Source: Leptolyngbyaceae cyanobacterium (GTDB lineage Bacteria; Cyanobacteriota; Cyanobacteriia; Phormidesmidales; Phormidesmidaceae). From it: a DNA stretch of 64,000 nt. The notes beneath the pieces are model-generated. The model was not told where the DNA came from. It saw only the letters and a program-made list of their open reading frames with translations, and searched no databases. Location: contig CBDHHL010000032.1 of assembly GCA_965263355.1 (NCBI GenBank), positions 3,264,001 through 3,328,000 on the forward strand, written 5' to 3'. Below are positions 1 through 8,915 of the stretch, in pieces. Position 1 is the stretch's first letter. Each line of letters begins with the position of its first letter. Made by a program: the position numbers and the translations under genes.

Positions 1-1
1 T

Positions 2-655
2 GATATCAACTGCGCTAGTTGTCATCAGAATAGTGAGACCAAAGAATTTGTTGCAGTTCCTAGCTATGAGACCTGTCAGTCTTGTCATGAAGAAGCTGTG
101 GACACATTCTTGCTGAGTAAGCATGGTATTCGCCTACTGGAGGGCAAAGATGCGTTAACCCCTGCCATGGCTAGGCTGCCTATGCAGCATGATGCCATGC
201 AAAAGCAGATGACCTGTAACGCTTGCCATGATGTGCATTCTGCCAATACAGTAGAGGCTTCGGTGGATGCCTGTCTCACTTGTCATAATGATGATCACTC
301 TCTGAATTATCAAAATTCAAAGCATGCTGAACTGTTTGCTGAGAGCCGGGAATTACCTCGACCTGCACCAGGAGCTGTGAGTTGTTCAACCTGTCATTTG
401 CCCCGCGTGAACTATGGAGAAGGTGATAGCACGATTGTGAAAGTCAATCACAACAATACCTATAATCTCAAGCCGCAGGATCGAATGGTGGGCGATGTAT
501 GTATGAACTGTCACGGCATTGAGTATAGCTACAACAGTATTTTTGACCCTGAGCTGGTCGAAGCCAATTTTGACCGTCCTCCAACCCTAAAAATGGAGTC
601 TTTTGATTTGATGAAGGCTGCTGAGGCCAGGAGAACGGGCAATGCCTCTGAATAA
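2..655 (+). CDS. Multiheme c-type cytochrome (5' truncated by window edge)
   Basis: Frame is open from base 2 (DINCASCHQ...). Six CxxCH motifs are visible: CASCH, CQSCH, CNACH, CLTCH, CSTCH, CMNCH. Confidence 0.9.
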   Translation, partial: DINCASCHQNSETKEFVAVPSYETCQSCHEEAVDTFLLSKHGIRLLEGKDALTPAMARLPMQHDAMQKQMTCNACHDVHSANTVEASVDACLTCHNDDHSLNYQNSKHAELFAESRELPRPAPGAVSCSTCHLPRVNYGEGDSTIVKVNHNNTYNLKPQDRMVGDVCMNCHGIEYSYNSIFDPELVEANFDRPPTLKMESFDLMKAAEARRTGNASE

Positions 656-794
656 CAAACTTAGATTTGTTATTTGGAACCCTCTGTGGGGGTAAGCCAC
701 GTCTAAGTTGAAATCTGTAGGTCTTCTACAGGACAGTCAATTTCTAAGCGTGGCCAAGATCTAAAGATCCGGATGTACCAGGAGATAACTGATC

Positions 795-1460
795 ATGTTG
801 ACAAATTTCTTTCAGCATATTCGTGCTAGGACTATAGCTTTGTTAGGATTAGCAGCGGCTGTTTGCTTTACTGCTGTTGCTTGTAGTGGTGGTGGTACTG
901 CTACCACGGCAACCGCTACTGGCCCCAGTATTGCCCCTGAACTCGTTGCTGATTATATTCACACAGTGCTAGCAGCTGATCGTACTGCTTACACTAAGCA
1001 TGTTGTGAACCGTGTAAAGACCCTTGAAGGTAAAGCCAAGGATAAGGGCGTTCTTGAGGTTGAGTCTACTGAAGGCTGGCAGGAAACCAATGGTATTCCC
1101 TTGCCTGCTCAGATGTTCCGTTTGGGTTCCGAGATTGCCAATGAGTCTGGTTATTTTACCTATAACCTAATTTCTACTTGGTATATCAATGACAACCATG
1201 GCCCTAAGAGCGACTTTGAAAAAACCGCTCTAGTTGAAATGGAAGCTAGCGGTGAGCCCTATAAGGATTACCAAGAGGTTGGTGGTCAGGCATATTTCTC
1301 TGCTATGTACCCTGACAAAGCTGTTGCTGAAGCTTGCGTGACTTGCCATAATACTCACCCAATACATCTTGAGCGCTATCCTGACAAGCAATTCGAGATG
1401 GGAGAAGTTATGGGTGGTGTTGTGATCAATATTCCTGTTGAAAGCATGCCTGCTTCCTAG
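795..1460 (+). CDS. DUF3365 (Tll0287-like) monoheme c lipoprotein
   Basis: AGGAG RBS; signal peptide ending VAC (lipobox-like); PLPAQMFR motif, C-terminal CVTCH and GEVMGGVVI typical of DUF3365. Confidence 0.8.
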   Translation: MLTNFFQHIRARTIALLGLAAAVCFTAVACSGGGTATTATATGPSIAPELVADYIHTVLAADRTAYTKHVVNRVKTLEGKAKDKGVLEVESTEGWQETNGIPLPAQMFRLGSEIANESGYFTYNLISTWYINDNHGPKSDFEKTALVEMEASGEPYKDYQEVGGQAYFSAMYPDKAVAEACVTCHNTHPIHLERYPDKQFEMGEVMGGVVINIPVESMPAS

Positions 1461-1620
1461 CAGAGAGTTATCAGTTTTTCTCTGATTCTACTGGCCTGAG
1501 CTAGTTTTGGTCAGCCGGTTACAATCTCTCTCGACGTTAGGGATAGGTTTGTTGGTTTTTCCAATAGTTCTATCCCTAATGTTTTTGACTTACTTGATTG
1601 CTGTTGGTTCCTTAGGAGTC

Positions 1621-2214
1621 ATGAAACCTAAATTTTCTACCTTGATTATATTGACGCTCCTAAGTGCCTGTTTGTTGGTTCCCTTTGTTGTGAGCCCCAT
1701 CTATTTAGATGCACTGCGGGAACGTTCAGTAGAACTACATCAGTTGATTCGTGGTGAAATCTATAAGCAGGTAACTGGCTATGTTGCTTTAGCCTTTGTT
1801 GTTTTAGAGATGCTGTTATCGCTGCGAAAACGAGGACGGAGCTGGATTGGAAATTTGAAGTTACCAGGCTCTGTCATTTTGTGGCGTAGTCTTCATATAT
1901 TTCTGGGTGTAGGTCTTTTGGCTGTAGTGGGGGTCCATACCATTGGTTCTACGGGGCTTAATTTTAATGCGATCTTTTTATGGGTATTTTTTGCAGTGAC
2001 CCTTTCTGCTTTGGTGGGTGTCGTTGCAGAAACTGGGGTTTTAGAGTCCCCACGCAAGATCTTTGGCGTACCTGGGAATAAAGATCTAGTGTTGACTAAA
2101 GGCCCATTAATTCGAAATATGCGAGCTATTTGGCTGCCTACTCACATTTTTCTAGTGAGTGTGTTTATCTTAATGTTGGGTATGCATGTATTTCTGGCTT
2201 ATTACTATCGTTAA
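1621..2214 (+). CDS. Integral membrane protein, probable diheme cytochrome b / ferric-reductase-like transmembrane subunit
   Basis: AGGAG before ATG 1621; several hydrophobic helices; four His in helices (RSLHIF, GVHT, PTHIF, GMHVF). Confidence 0.6.
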   Translation: MKPKFSTLIILTLLSACLLVPFVVSPIYLDALRERSVELHQLIRGEIYKQVTGYVALAFVVLEMLLSLRKRGRSWIGNLKLPGSVILWRSLHIFLGVGLLAVVGVHTIGSTGLNFNAIFLWVFFAVTLSALVGVVAETGVLESPRKIFGVPGNKDLVLTKGPLIRNMRAIWLPTHIFLVSVFILMLGMHVFLAYYYR

Positions 2215-2229
2215 AGGAGGAGTCGGTTG

Positions 2230-2709
2230 ATGGCGTCTACTACAAAGGACGGTGCTGCGACTTCGGTTAAGGTTTTTGGGGCTGTTATTGCTTTGATTGC
2301 GGCGGTATTGGTGACTGTGTTGATTACTCGTCCAGCGGTGACGACGACTAGTTTTACTCCTCTCTCAGGATTGATGGCTTTAAAAACGATGGCGACTGAG
2401 GCCATGTCCTACGAAGTTGCGATCGCATCCCCAAACCCCACATTTATCGAGTTCTACGCTGATTGGTGTACCACCTGCCAAGGTATGGCCTCTACCGTAG
2501 TCGATTTGCATCAAGAATATGGCAATACCATTAACTTTGTCATGCTAGACATTGATGATCCCCAGTGGGCGACTCAAGTGGCAGATTACGCTGCTTCAGG
2601 GGTGCCTCAGTTTACTCTGATTGATGCTCAGCATAATGAAATTAAAACTTGGGTTGGTAAGGTGCCCAAATCAATCCTCGCTAATGTATTCGACCAGTTG
2701 CTTGGATAG
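2230..2709 (+). CDS. Membrane-anchored thioredoxin-family thiol:disulfide oxidoreductase (TxlA-like)
   Basis: N-terminal TM helix; EFYADWCTTC active site; GVPQF cis-Pro loop; AGGAGG RBS. Confidence 0.85.
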   Translation: MASTTKDGAATSVKVFGAVIALIAAVLVTVLITRPAVTTTSFTPLSGLMALKTMATEAMSYEVAIASPNPTFIEFYADWCTTCQGMASTVVDLHQEYGNTINFVMLDIDDPQWATQVADYAASGVPQFTLIDAQHNEIKTWVGKVPKSILANVFDQLLG

Positions 2710-2723
2710 GTAACGCTCTAGCT

Positions 2724-2942
2724 ATGACACTATTAGATCGATTTCTTAAACTATTAGAATTTTTAGAGGCCGCCCAAGGGATTTTTGAGTTCCTCACCGA
2801 TCCCATTGGTTTATCAGGGGTATTGGCGATCTGCCTTTACTTTCCCATACAAGCCCTTGGCTGTGATGCGTCAGCTGCCGCGACGCTTTCCTGTACGGCT
2901 GCGCTGACTTTTTTCTGCCTGGTCAAGAAGCCTGATTTTTGA
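2724..2942 (+). CDS. Small hypothetical membrane protein
   Basis: 72-aa ORF, ATG start, two hydrophobic segments, follows thioredoxin gene. Confidence 0.45.
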   Translation: MTLLDRFLKLLEFLEAAQGIFEFLTDPIGLSGVLAICLYFPIQALGCDASAAATLSCTAALTFFCLVKKPDF

Positions 2943-2965
2943 GCACTGTAGGACTAAAGATGGGT

Positions 2966-3799
2966 TCAAGCACTGCGAGCTTGGATATTAGAAAGCCATT
3001 CTGCGGGAGCAGATTCCTTTTTAGGGACTCCTATCGCATCGGTCCATAGGACATTGGTTAAGTTCGCGCCTTTTAGATTGGCTCCGGTTAAATCAGCACC
3101 TGATAGGTTGGCATTTGTAAGATTTGTGCCCCGTAAATCAGCGTTTTGTAGATTTGCCCGTTGTAGACAAGTACTCTGAAAATTAGTGGCTGTCAGGTCT
3201 GCGTCTCTAAAGCATACGTCTGTAAAGTCTGCATGGTTTAGGTTGCTTCCTTCCAAGTTAGCGGCTGTAAAATTGGCCTTGATACCGATAACCTGGGAAA
3301 GATTGCTCCAGCTCATATCTACTGATGTAAATTGAGCCTGGGTTAATTGGGCAGTGGCCCAGTCAGTCTGGTACAGGCAAGCACCACTAAAATCAGCTCC
3401 TTTAGCCCATATTCCCCATAGCTGAGCATTGGAAAAATTGGCATTCTGGGCAGATATTTCGCAGAGTGTTGCACCATTCAACTTAGCCTTGGCAAAGTTT
3501 GCTCGCGCCAAATTGGCCGCAGTTAAATTGGCACAGCTCCAATCGGCTCGCCGGACATCAGCATCTGTCAAATCAGTCCACAATCCTTGGAGCCAAATAG
3601 CGACCGTATCTTGTAAGTTGGCACCAATAAAGCGAGCACCACTCACATCGGCCCATATAAAACTGCTTTTAGACAAGTGACTTTGAATAAAGTCTAATCC
3701 GCTCAAATTTGCTTGGTAGAAATTAGCCTTTGGTAGCTGAACACCAGGAAAACTCCGCTCAGCACTGTGATACCGTTGCCAAAAAGTCAGTATATTCAT
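2966..3799 (-). CDS. Pentapeptide repeat protein
   Basis: Continuous A(D/N)Lxx repeats. Confidence 0.92.
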   Translation of the reverse strand: MNILTFWQRYHSAERSFPGVQLPKANFYQANLSGLDFIQSHLSKSSFIWADVSGARFIGANLQDTVAIWLQGLWTDLTDADVRRADWSCANLTAANLARANFAKAKLNGATLCEISAQNANFSNAQLWGIWAKGADFSGACLYQTDWATAQLTQAQFTSVDMSWSNLSQVIGIKANFTAANLEGSNLNHADFTDVCFRDADLTATNFQSTCLQRANLQNADLRGTNLTNANLSGADLTGANLKGANLTNVLWTDAIGVPKKESAPAEWLSNIQARSA

Positions 3800-3860
3800 T
3801 GTACTCAGGTGAAGACGGCATAATCATGCACCCCCTAACTGCGCCTCACCTGAACCACAT

Positions 3861-4787
3861 TTATCCAGGGACGTTTAATGCACCATTTTGCTTTAGCCAG
3901 GTAACCTGCGTTTCGGTTAATCCCTGTACGTCAGTAAAGAGGGCTCCTGCTACCTGCGCAGCGGTAAAGTCAACCGCTGTCAGATTTGCGTTTTCAAGAT
4001 TTGCCTGCTGTAGGTTGACGCCTGCTAAATTTGCACCTGCAAGATTAGCGCTTTCAAACTGGGCACCCATCATGGATGCATTGGTCCAATCAGTCTCAAT
4101 CAAACTGGCTCCATTTAAAGTTGCCCAGTCAACCTGGGCCTGTATTAGTACAGCACCATCTAGCGTTGCCTGTTCTAGCGTTGTATTGAGTAAGTTAGCT
4201 TGAGCTAGAGTCGCCCCATTAAGTTTGGCCTCTACAAAATGCGCTGATTCTAAGTCAGCTTGTTGCAAATTTGCGCTTAGTAATGTGGCGCGATCGCAAT
4301 TGCTCCGGGTCAGGTTAGCCCCTTCAAAAATAGCTCCGCTAAAGTCAGCGTCGGTCAGTGTTGCTTTGACCAAATTAGCCCAGCTGAAGCGAGTGTTATG
4401 GCCGATGGCATTGGATAAATCAGCTTGGGTCAAGGTGGCAAATGATAGGTCTGCTTCAGTTAGATGGGCACCATGAAACTTTGCCTTGGGGGCGTGTAGC
4501 TCACGGAAAATACCCCGCTCTAAACGGGCGCGAGTCAATTCTGCTGCATCCAAACGAGCTTTATCAAATCGACCTTCTGACAGTACTGCTAAAATCAACG
4601 TGGCCTTTGAAAAATCAGTCCCTTCGCAGGACGCTCCAGTCAAATTTGCCTGTCTTAGGTAAGCCTGGGTAAAGTTTCCTCGATCCAGAGCTGCTCCGCC
4701 CAGGTCAATTTTACTTAGCTCGGCTCGACGCAAAGATTCATGATGACTGACTTTTGCAAGCACTTCGCTGACAGTAAGCTGGGCCAT
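3861..4787 (-). CDS. Pentapeptide repeat protein
   Basis: Continuous A(D/N)Lxx repeats; tandem with previous gene. Confidence 0.92.
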   Translation of the reverse strand: MAQLTVSEVLAKVSHHESLRRAELSKIDLGGAALDRGNFTQAYLRQANLTGASCEGTDFSKATLILAVLSEGRFDKARLDAAELTRARLERGIFRELHAPKAKFHGAHLTEADLSFATLTQADLSNAIGHNTRFSWANLVKATLTDADFSGAIFEGANLTRSNCDRATLLSANLQQADLESAHFVEAKLNGATLAQANLLNTTLEQATLDGAVLIQAQVDWATLNGASLIETDWTNASMMGAQFESANLAGANLAGVNLQQANLENANLTAVDFTAAQVAGALFTDVQGLTETQVTWLKQNGALNVPG

Positions 4788-4908
4788 AATGCCAAAAATC
4801 CTTAGTATGGTATCAGAAGTAACACTTTGCTTTCTTTAATCGTATAGTACGCAACAGTTTTTTGGGATCCCCTATGAGTTAAAAATTGTTAGGGGCTTTG
4901 TTGGGTTT

Positions 4909-5832
4909 TCATGACATTTTGTTGGCCGATGGGGCGTGAATGGCGCTTAGTGTATGTTTTGCTGGCTGACAGCACTCTAATTTCATGACTTCTAAAAATC
5001 TGGTGACCGCTGGTGATGGGGGTGTTGTTGCTAATATGGCGACACCAATCACCCGCTCCAGGGGAACAGGTAGTGGGCGAATTTCAACAGTTTCTGGGAT
5101 GGGCATAGCGGCTAAACGAGGTAAGATAGCTGCCCCCAACCCTTGTGCCACCATACTCACAATGGTGGAATCTTCTTTCACGTTGTAAGCGACCTTTAGG
5201 GGTTGTTGCCAACGCGACCAATGTTCTCGCACGGCTGTGGTGCACTCGGCATAGTTCAACAAAATAAAGGACCGTTTGGATAGTTCCTCCCAGGTAATGG
5301 GAGTGGTCAGAGTATGTTTAGTTTTGGGTAATAGAACCACGTACTCATCACGGATAATTTCCCAGGTGGTAAAGTCTTCTGATCGGGGCAAGGGCAATAG
5401 GCCTAGGTCTGCATTTCCAGCCCGTAATGCTTGTTCTACACCTGCCGGGTCGAATTCATCCAGGCTCACTTCGACGCGGGGGTGTGCTCGCTGAAACTCA
5501 GCAATTTTAGGGGGTAATAAATGGGTGGCTGCACTGCGAAAAGAGGCAATCCGCAGACGGCTATTGTAGAGAGCTTTTTCGAGATTGACTTCGTATTCAA
5601 TTAATTCTCGTAAGTCTAAAATCTGTTGCGCGTGAGGTACGACGCGTGCGCCAATGACGGTGAGTTTGGCTCCTAAGCGTCCCCGTACTAGCAGTGGCAC
5701 ATTGAGTTCATTTTCTAGGGATGCGATCGCACGGCTGACCGCTGACTGAGACATGTCTAACTGCATGGCGGCATCGGAAAAACTGCCACATTGGCTAATC
5801 ATCACAAGCACCTTGAGTTGGGAAATGTTCAT
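4909..5832 (-). CDS. LysR family transcriptional regulator
   Basis: N-terminal HTH (GSFSDAAMQLDMSQSAVSRAIASLE) and substrate-binding domain (MVAQGLGAAILP). Confidence 0.95.
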   Translation of the reverse strand: MNISQLKVLVMISQCGSFSDAAMQLDMSQSAVSRAIASLENELNVPLLVRGRLGAKLTVIGARVVPHAQQILDLRELIEYEVNLEKALYNSRLRIASFRSAATHLLPPKIAEFQRAHPRVEVSLDEFDPAGVEQALRAGNADLGLLPLPRSEDFTTWEIIRDEYVVLLPKTKHTLTTPITWEELSKRSFILLNYAECTTAVREHWSRWQQPLKVAYNVKEDSTIVSMVAQGLGAAILPRLAAMPIPETVEIRPLPVPLERVIGVAILATTPPSPAVTRFLEVMKLECCQPAKHTLSAIHAPSANKMS

Positions 5833-5841
5833 AGATAAGAC

Positions 5842-5860
5842 CTATGCGGTTTGCGCATAG
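5842..5860. promoter_or_regulatory. Putative LysR binding box
   Basis: Dyad CTATGCG-GTTTG-CGCATAG containing T-N11-A (5845/5857), between divergent lysR and cupin genes. Confidence 0.65.
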
Positions 5861-5946
5861 ATAGATTCCGCTGGGCGATTTGATTCTGCAGATCGGGCTC
5901 GTTAATGTAAGGGCATCATCACGATTGAGCAGCCACATTAACTCTT

Positions 5947-6450
5947 ATGTTTGAACTATATCCGTTTGAAAAGTTTCGAGATACGCCTAGCGTTCAATTT
6001 TTTGATATTACAGTTCCTACCTCCAATGCCCGTGATTTAGTGTTTCATGAAGGGCCTGCCATTAGTCCCCACAGTGCTAAAACCGGTGATTGGCAATTTT
6101 ATTTACACCCCCGTCAAGAAGATAATTTATTGGCACTATCAGGAGGGCGGACATTTTATCTAGTTAACTTTAATTGGGATTATCCATTCCATCGGGTACG
6201 ACTGGAGCAAAATGATCGAATCTTGCGGATTCCGCCCGGTACGTTTCATCGTTCTGAATCGGATGTTAAGGGGTCGTTGGTAATCAATCAAGCTGTGCGT
6301 CAGGCTAAGGCGACTGTTCACAGTGAGTTCCGAGTTTATAACAGTGCTGAGATTCCGAAGCTGCGGGCGTTACTAGCGTCTGGTTTGCAACCCATTAACC
6401 ACGGCTTTGCTGAGCCAGAGGAGATGATTGAGTCACCCATGGCTGCCTAG
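5947..6450 (+). CDS. Cupin/RmlC-like protein
   Basis: YLHPRQEDNL and LRIPPGTFHRS cupin-type motifs; divergent from LysR. Confidence 0.7.
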   Translation: MFELYPFEKFRDTPSVQFFDITVPTSNARDLVFHEGPAISPHSAKTGDWQFYLHPRQEDNLLALSGGRTFYLVNFNWDYPFHRVRLEQNDRILRIPPGTFHRSESDVKGSLVINQAVRQAKATVHSEFRVYNSAEIPKLRALLASGLQPINHGFAEPEEMIESPMAA

Positions 6451-6480
6451 TGATTCAGGGCAAACGTTGCTAACTTATGC

Positions 6481-6510
6481 GGCGTCTACCGACTATCGGT
6501 GGACGCTTTT
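6481..6510 (+). terminator. Rho-independent terminator
   Basis: GCGTCTACCGA-CTA-TCGGTGGACGC stem followed by TTTT. Confidence 0.7.
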
Positions 6511-6578
6511 GTAATTTGGGCTTTTATCATTGAGAATAATGGCTATTTCCACGTAACCCGATCCTATGGGGAGCATCG

Positions 6579-7466
6579 ATGGCTGACTCAAAGATGACTA
6601 AACTGTCGCAGTTACCCTGGCCAGTATGGGTAGGCGCGTCCTTAGCGCTGCATGTGGGGGCGTTAGCTGTTGGCTTACCAACTATTTTGCGTGTAGATCC
6701 ACCGCCCAGCAGTTCCATAGATATTCCGGTCACGCTGGTGGATGAAGGCTCTCTACCAGCGACTGCTCCCCAGCCTCCAATCCCTACAACGTCTGTCCCT
6801 AAAGAGTCTGTAACTCAGTCTAATCCTCTTGGTGGCCAGAATCCTACGGTAGCTCCCCAGATCAGGCCTCAAGTTGTTAAGCAACAGGAGGCACCCCAGA
6901 CAATTACACCCAAACAGCCAGAGCCGACATTGCCGGTAGACACACCTCTTCCGGAGAAACCAGTTACTAAGCCGACTAACGAAGTCGAAACCCCTGACGA
7001 TGTTGACATCCCCGACGACTTTACGACAGAGACTCCAGCGGCTACCGATGAACCGGCTTCAGCCGATGAGGACAACCAAAATTCTGAATCTGACGTGGGC
7101 AATGGCGCAATTTTAATCAGTATTGCAGGTACTCCGACCGTCCCGAAGGGCACTCCAGGTGATTGGCCAGATATTTTGCCCGTCTTGCAAAGCACATCAA
7201 CGTTGAGTGTTGCTAACCACGATTGCAATGCTGCTATACCAGCGGGTGACGTGACCGTGGGGGCGTTGATTGGTGCGGATGGTTCTGTGATTGAAGTATT
7301 TGTACCGTCTGGGGGGGATTCGGTGGCTGCACCCATTGCGAGCTGTTTACTCATCCATGTGCTGCATGCGAATCCGGCTGCTATTCGGTTTAGCCCTGCT
7401 TACACGGGAGATCAAGCTGTTATTACTGATCGTGTGCGGTTAACCTTACGTTTTTCTGCGGGCTAA
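6579..7466 (+). CDS. TonB-like proline-rich membrane-anchored protein
   Basis: N-terminal TM with S-x3-H (SLALH), Pro/acidic linker, C-terminal globular domain. Confidence 0.55.
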   Translation: MADSKMTKLSQLPWPVWVGASLALHVGALAVGLPTILRVDPPPSSSIDIPVTLVDEGSLPATAPQPPIPTTSVPKESVTQSNPLGGQNPTVAPQIRPQVVKQQEAPQTITPKQPEPTLPVDTPLPEKPVTKPTNEVETPDDVDIPDDFTTETPAATDEPASADEDNQNSESDVGNGAILISIAGTPTVPKGTPGDWPDILPVLQSTSTLSVANHDCNAAIPAGDVTVGALIGADGSVIEVFVPSGGDSVAAPIASCLLIHVLHANPAAIRFSPAYTGDQAVITDRVRLTLRFSAG

Positions 7467-7559
7467 ATAAAAATAATGATTTGATCAGAACGCTTTATAG
7501 GAAACTATGCTAATCTAGCAAAACTGGTTAAGCATTAGCCTTATCTAGTTATATATCCT

Positions 7560-7630
7560 GCGGGTGTAGTTTAGTGGTAAAACCTTAGCCTTCCAAGCTA
7601 ATGATGGGGGTTCGATTCCCCCCACCCGCT
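7560..7630 (+). tRNA. tRNA-Gly(TCC)
   Basis: GCGGGTG/CACCCGC acceptor stem; D-loop AGTGGTA; anticodon arm TTAGC-CT-TCC-AA-GCTAA; GGTTCGATTCC T-loop; CCA not encoded. Confidence 0.97.
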
Positions 7631-7685
7631 TTAATTCTTAAACGCTATGCTGATGGCAGCATCGTCGCGGGCTTCTCTGTTGTCT

Positions 7686-8154
7686 ATGAAACTGCGTGAG
7701 CTGAAAATCAAGGTCTATGAAGCGTGGGAGTTTTTAAGTGGCTATCGCGGTTGTGTGGTGCTGCCTGAAAACTTTAAGGGCGGAGTGCGTAAGGAATTTG
7801 GTGACCTTCGGTATAAGGAAACCTGGATTCGAGCATTGGCGCGCTATGAGGCACGAGGTACTCAATGCTTGTCATGACTGTCTCGATGCCCATTCCCTTG
7901 TGCTCCATACCTTGAACTTCACGGAGGATCGGTGGGACTATGAGTTTCGCCACCGGATTTTCGATGAATTTCTCATCATTCCTGATGCATTGGATCTGCT
8001 CAAGCTTGGTTTAGAGCAGCTGATGTCTGAGTCGTTCTCATCCAGTGACAGAAGAGGTGTGAATGGCTGTTATCAATTGGTGGCAGAACAACAAGGAAGA
8101 GACCGATGCTCAACTGAGCTTGCTGGGCGAATCTCAATCGCTCACGCGGCATGA
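7686..8154 (+). pseudogene. Frameshifted hypothetical gene downstream of tRNA-Gly
   Basis: ORFs 7647-7877 and 7738-8154 join into one frame (MKLRELK...ARYEVLNACHD...) if one copy of the 7-bp duplication GAGGCAC/GAGGTAC (7848-7861) is removed. Confidence 0.65.
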
Positions 8155-8529
8155 ACAGGTAGATGCTGAATCACTATTGTCTCGGCCAAAGGCCACATCA
8201 TGGTTGATAGCCGTGTCGAGATCAATACGATCATTGTCATTGCCTGCGTGTACCTTATCATTGCCATTGCCAGAGAGAAGATTTTTAGGACTGTTGGAAG
8301 ACTGTGCGCGGTTTTAGGTTTATTAGAGTTGTTGTCTCCTATATTAGGCCTTTGGTTATTGGTCGGTGGTTCTACGACAGGCGTAATCGGCTCACTGACG
8401 GGAGATATGATGGCTGGTTTTGGTTGATTAGGTTTTAGGGTTAGACGGTTTAATTGGCCCTGTGGCTTGGGTCTGTGTATGCTAGAACGGTAAGGTAGGT
8501 GTAAATTACCAGGCTATTACCGTAGATCC

Positions 8530-8910
8530 ATGAGAGTCAAAGCGTTTATAAGCATTGTAGGATTAGGCGCATTGGCGGCTGTGCTAATTGCCACTAACCC
8601 TGGTCAAGAGCAGTACAATACCTTTGCAGCAGAAACCCTACAAAGTGAAGCCCGTGCAGCCTTTTGTCAGGCAGACGAACTTGACAGCTGGCTAGGGGAT
8701 TTAGGTCAAGCCTTGGGAAATATTTGTGAGACGGCGATTGAAAAAGGAACCTTAATCGGTGAGGATGACCTCAAATCATTTATAGAGGAGAATACCCAGC
8801 GCCAAAACTTTTTGGTATGTAGTCTCTATACCACTCAAATTCCAGCGGTACGTGTCAGGATTCTGGCAATTTTTAACCGATTTATTCCCATTCAACAAAC
8901 GGTGGGTTAA
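8530..8910 (+). CDS. DUF4359-like small membrane-anchored/secreted protein
   Basis: N-terminal TM followed by TNP motif; C-terminal RQNFLVCSLYTT typical of the family. Confidence 0.7.
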   Translation: MRVKAFISIVGLGALAAVLIATNPGQEQYNTFAAETLQSEARAAFCQADELDSWLGDLGQALGNICETAIEKGTLIGEDDLKSFIEENTQRQNFLVCSLYTTQIPAVRVRILAIFNRFIPIQQTVG

Positions 8911-8915
8911 ATCCG

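Noticed and set aside
3429..4672. Plus-strand ORFs over the pentapeptide genes
   Set aside because: Antisense shadows of repetitive coding sequence.
7600..7630. attL/attR duplication of the tRNA-Gly 3' end
   Set aside because: I found no second copy and no integrase in the window, so no intact island can be delimited.
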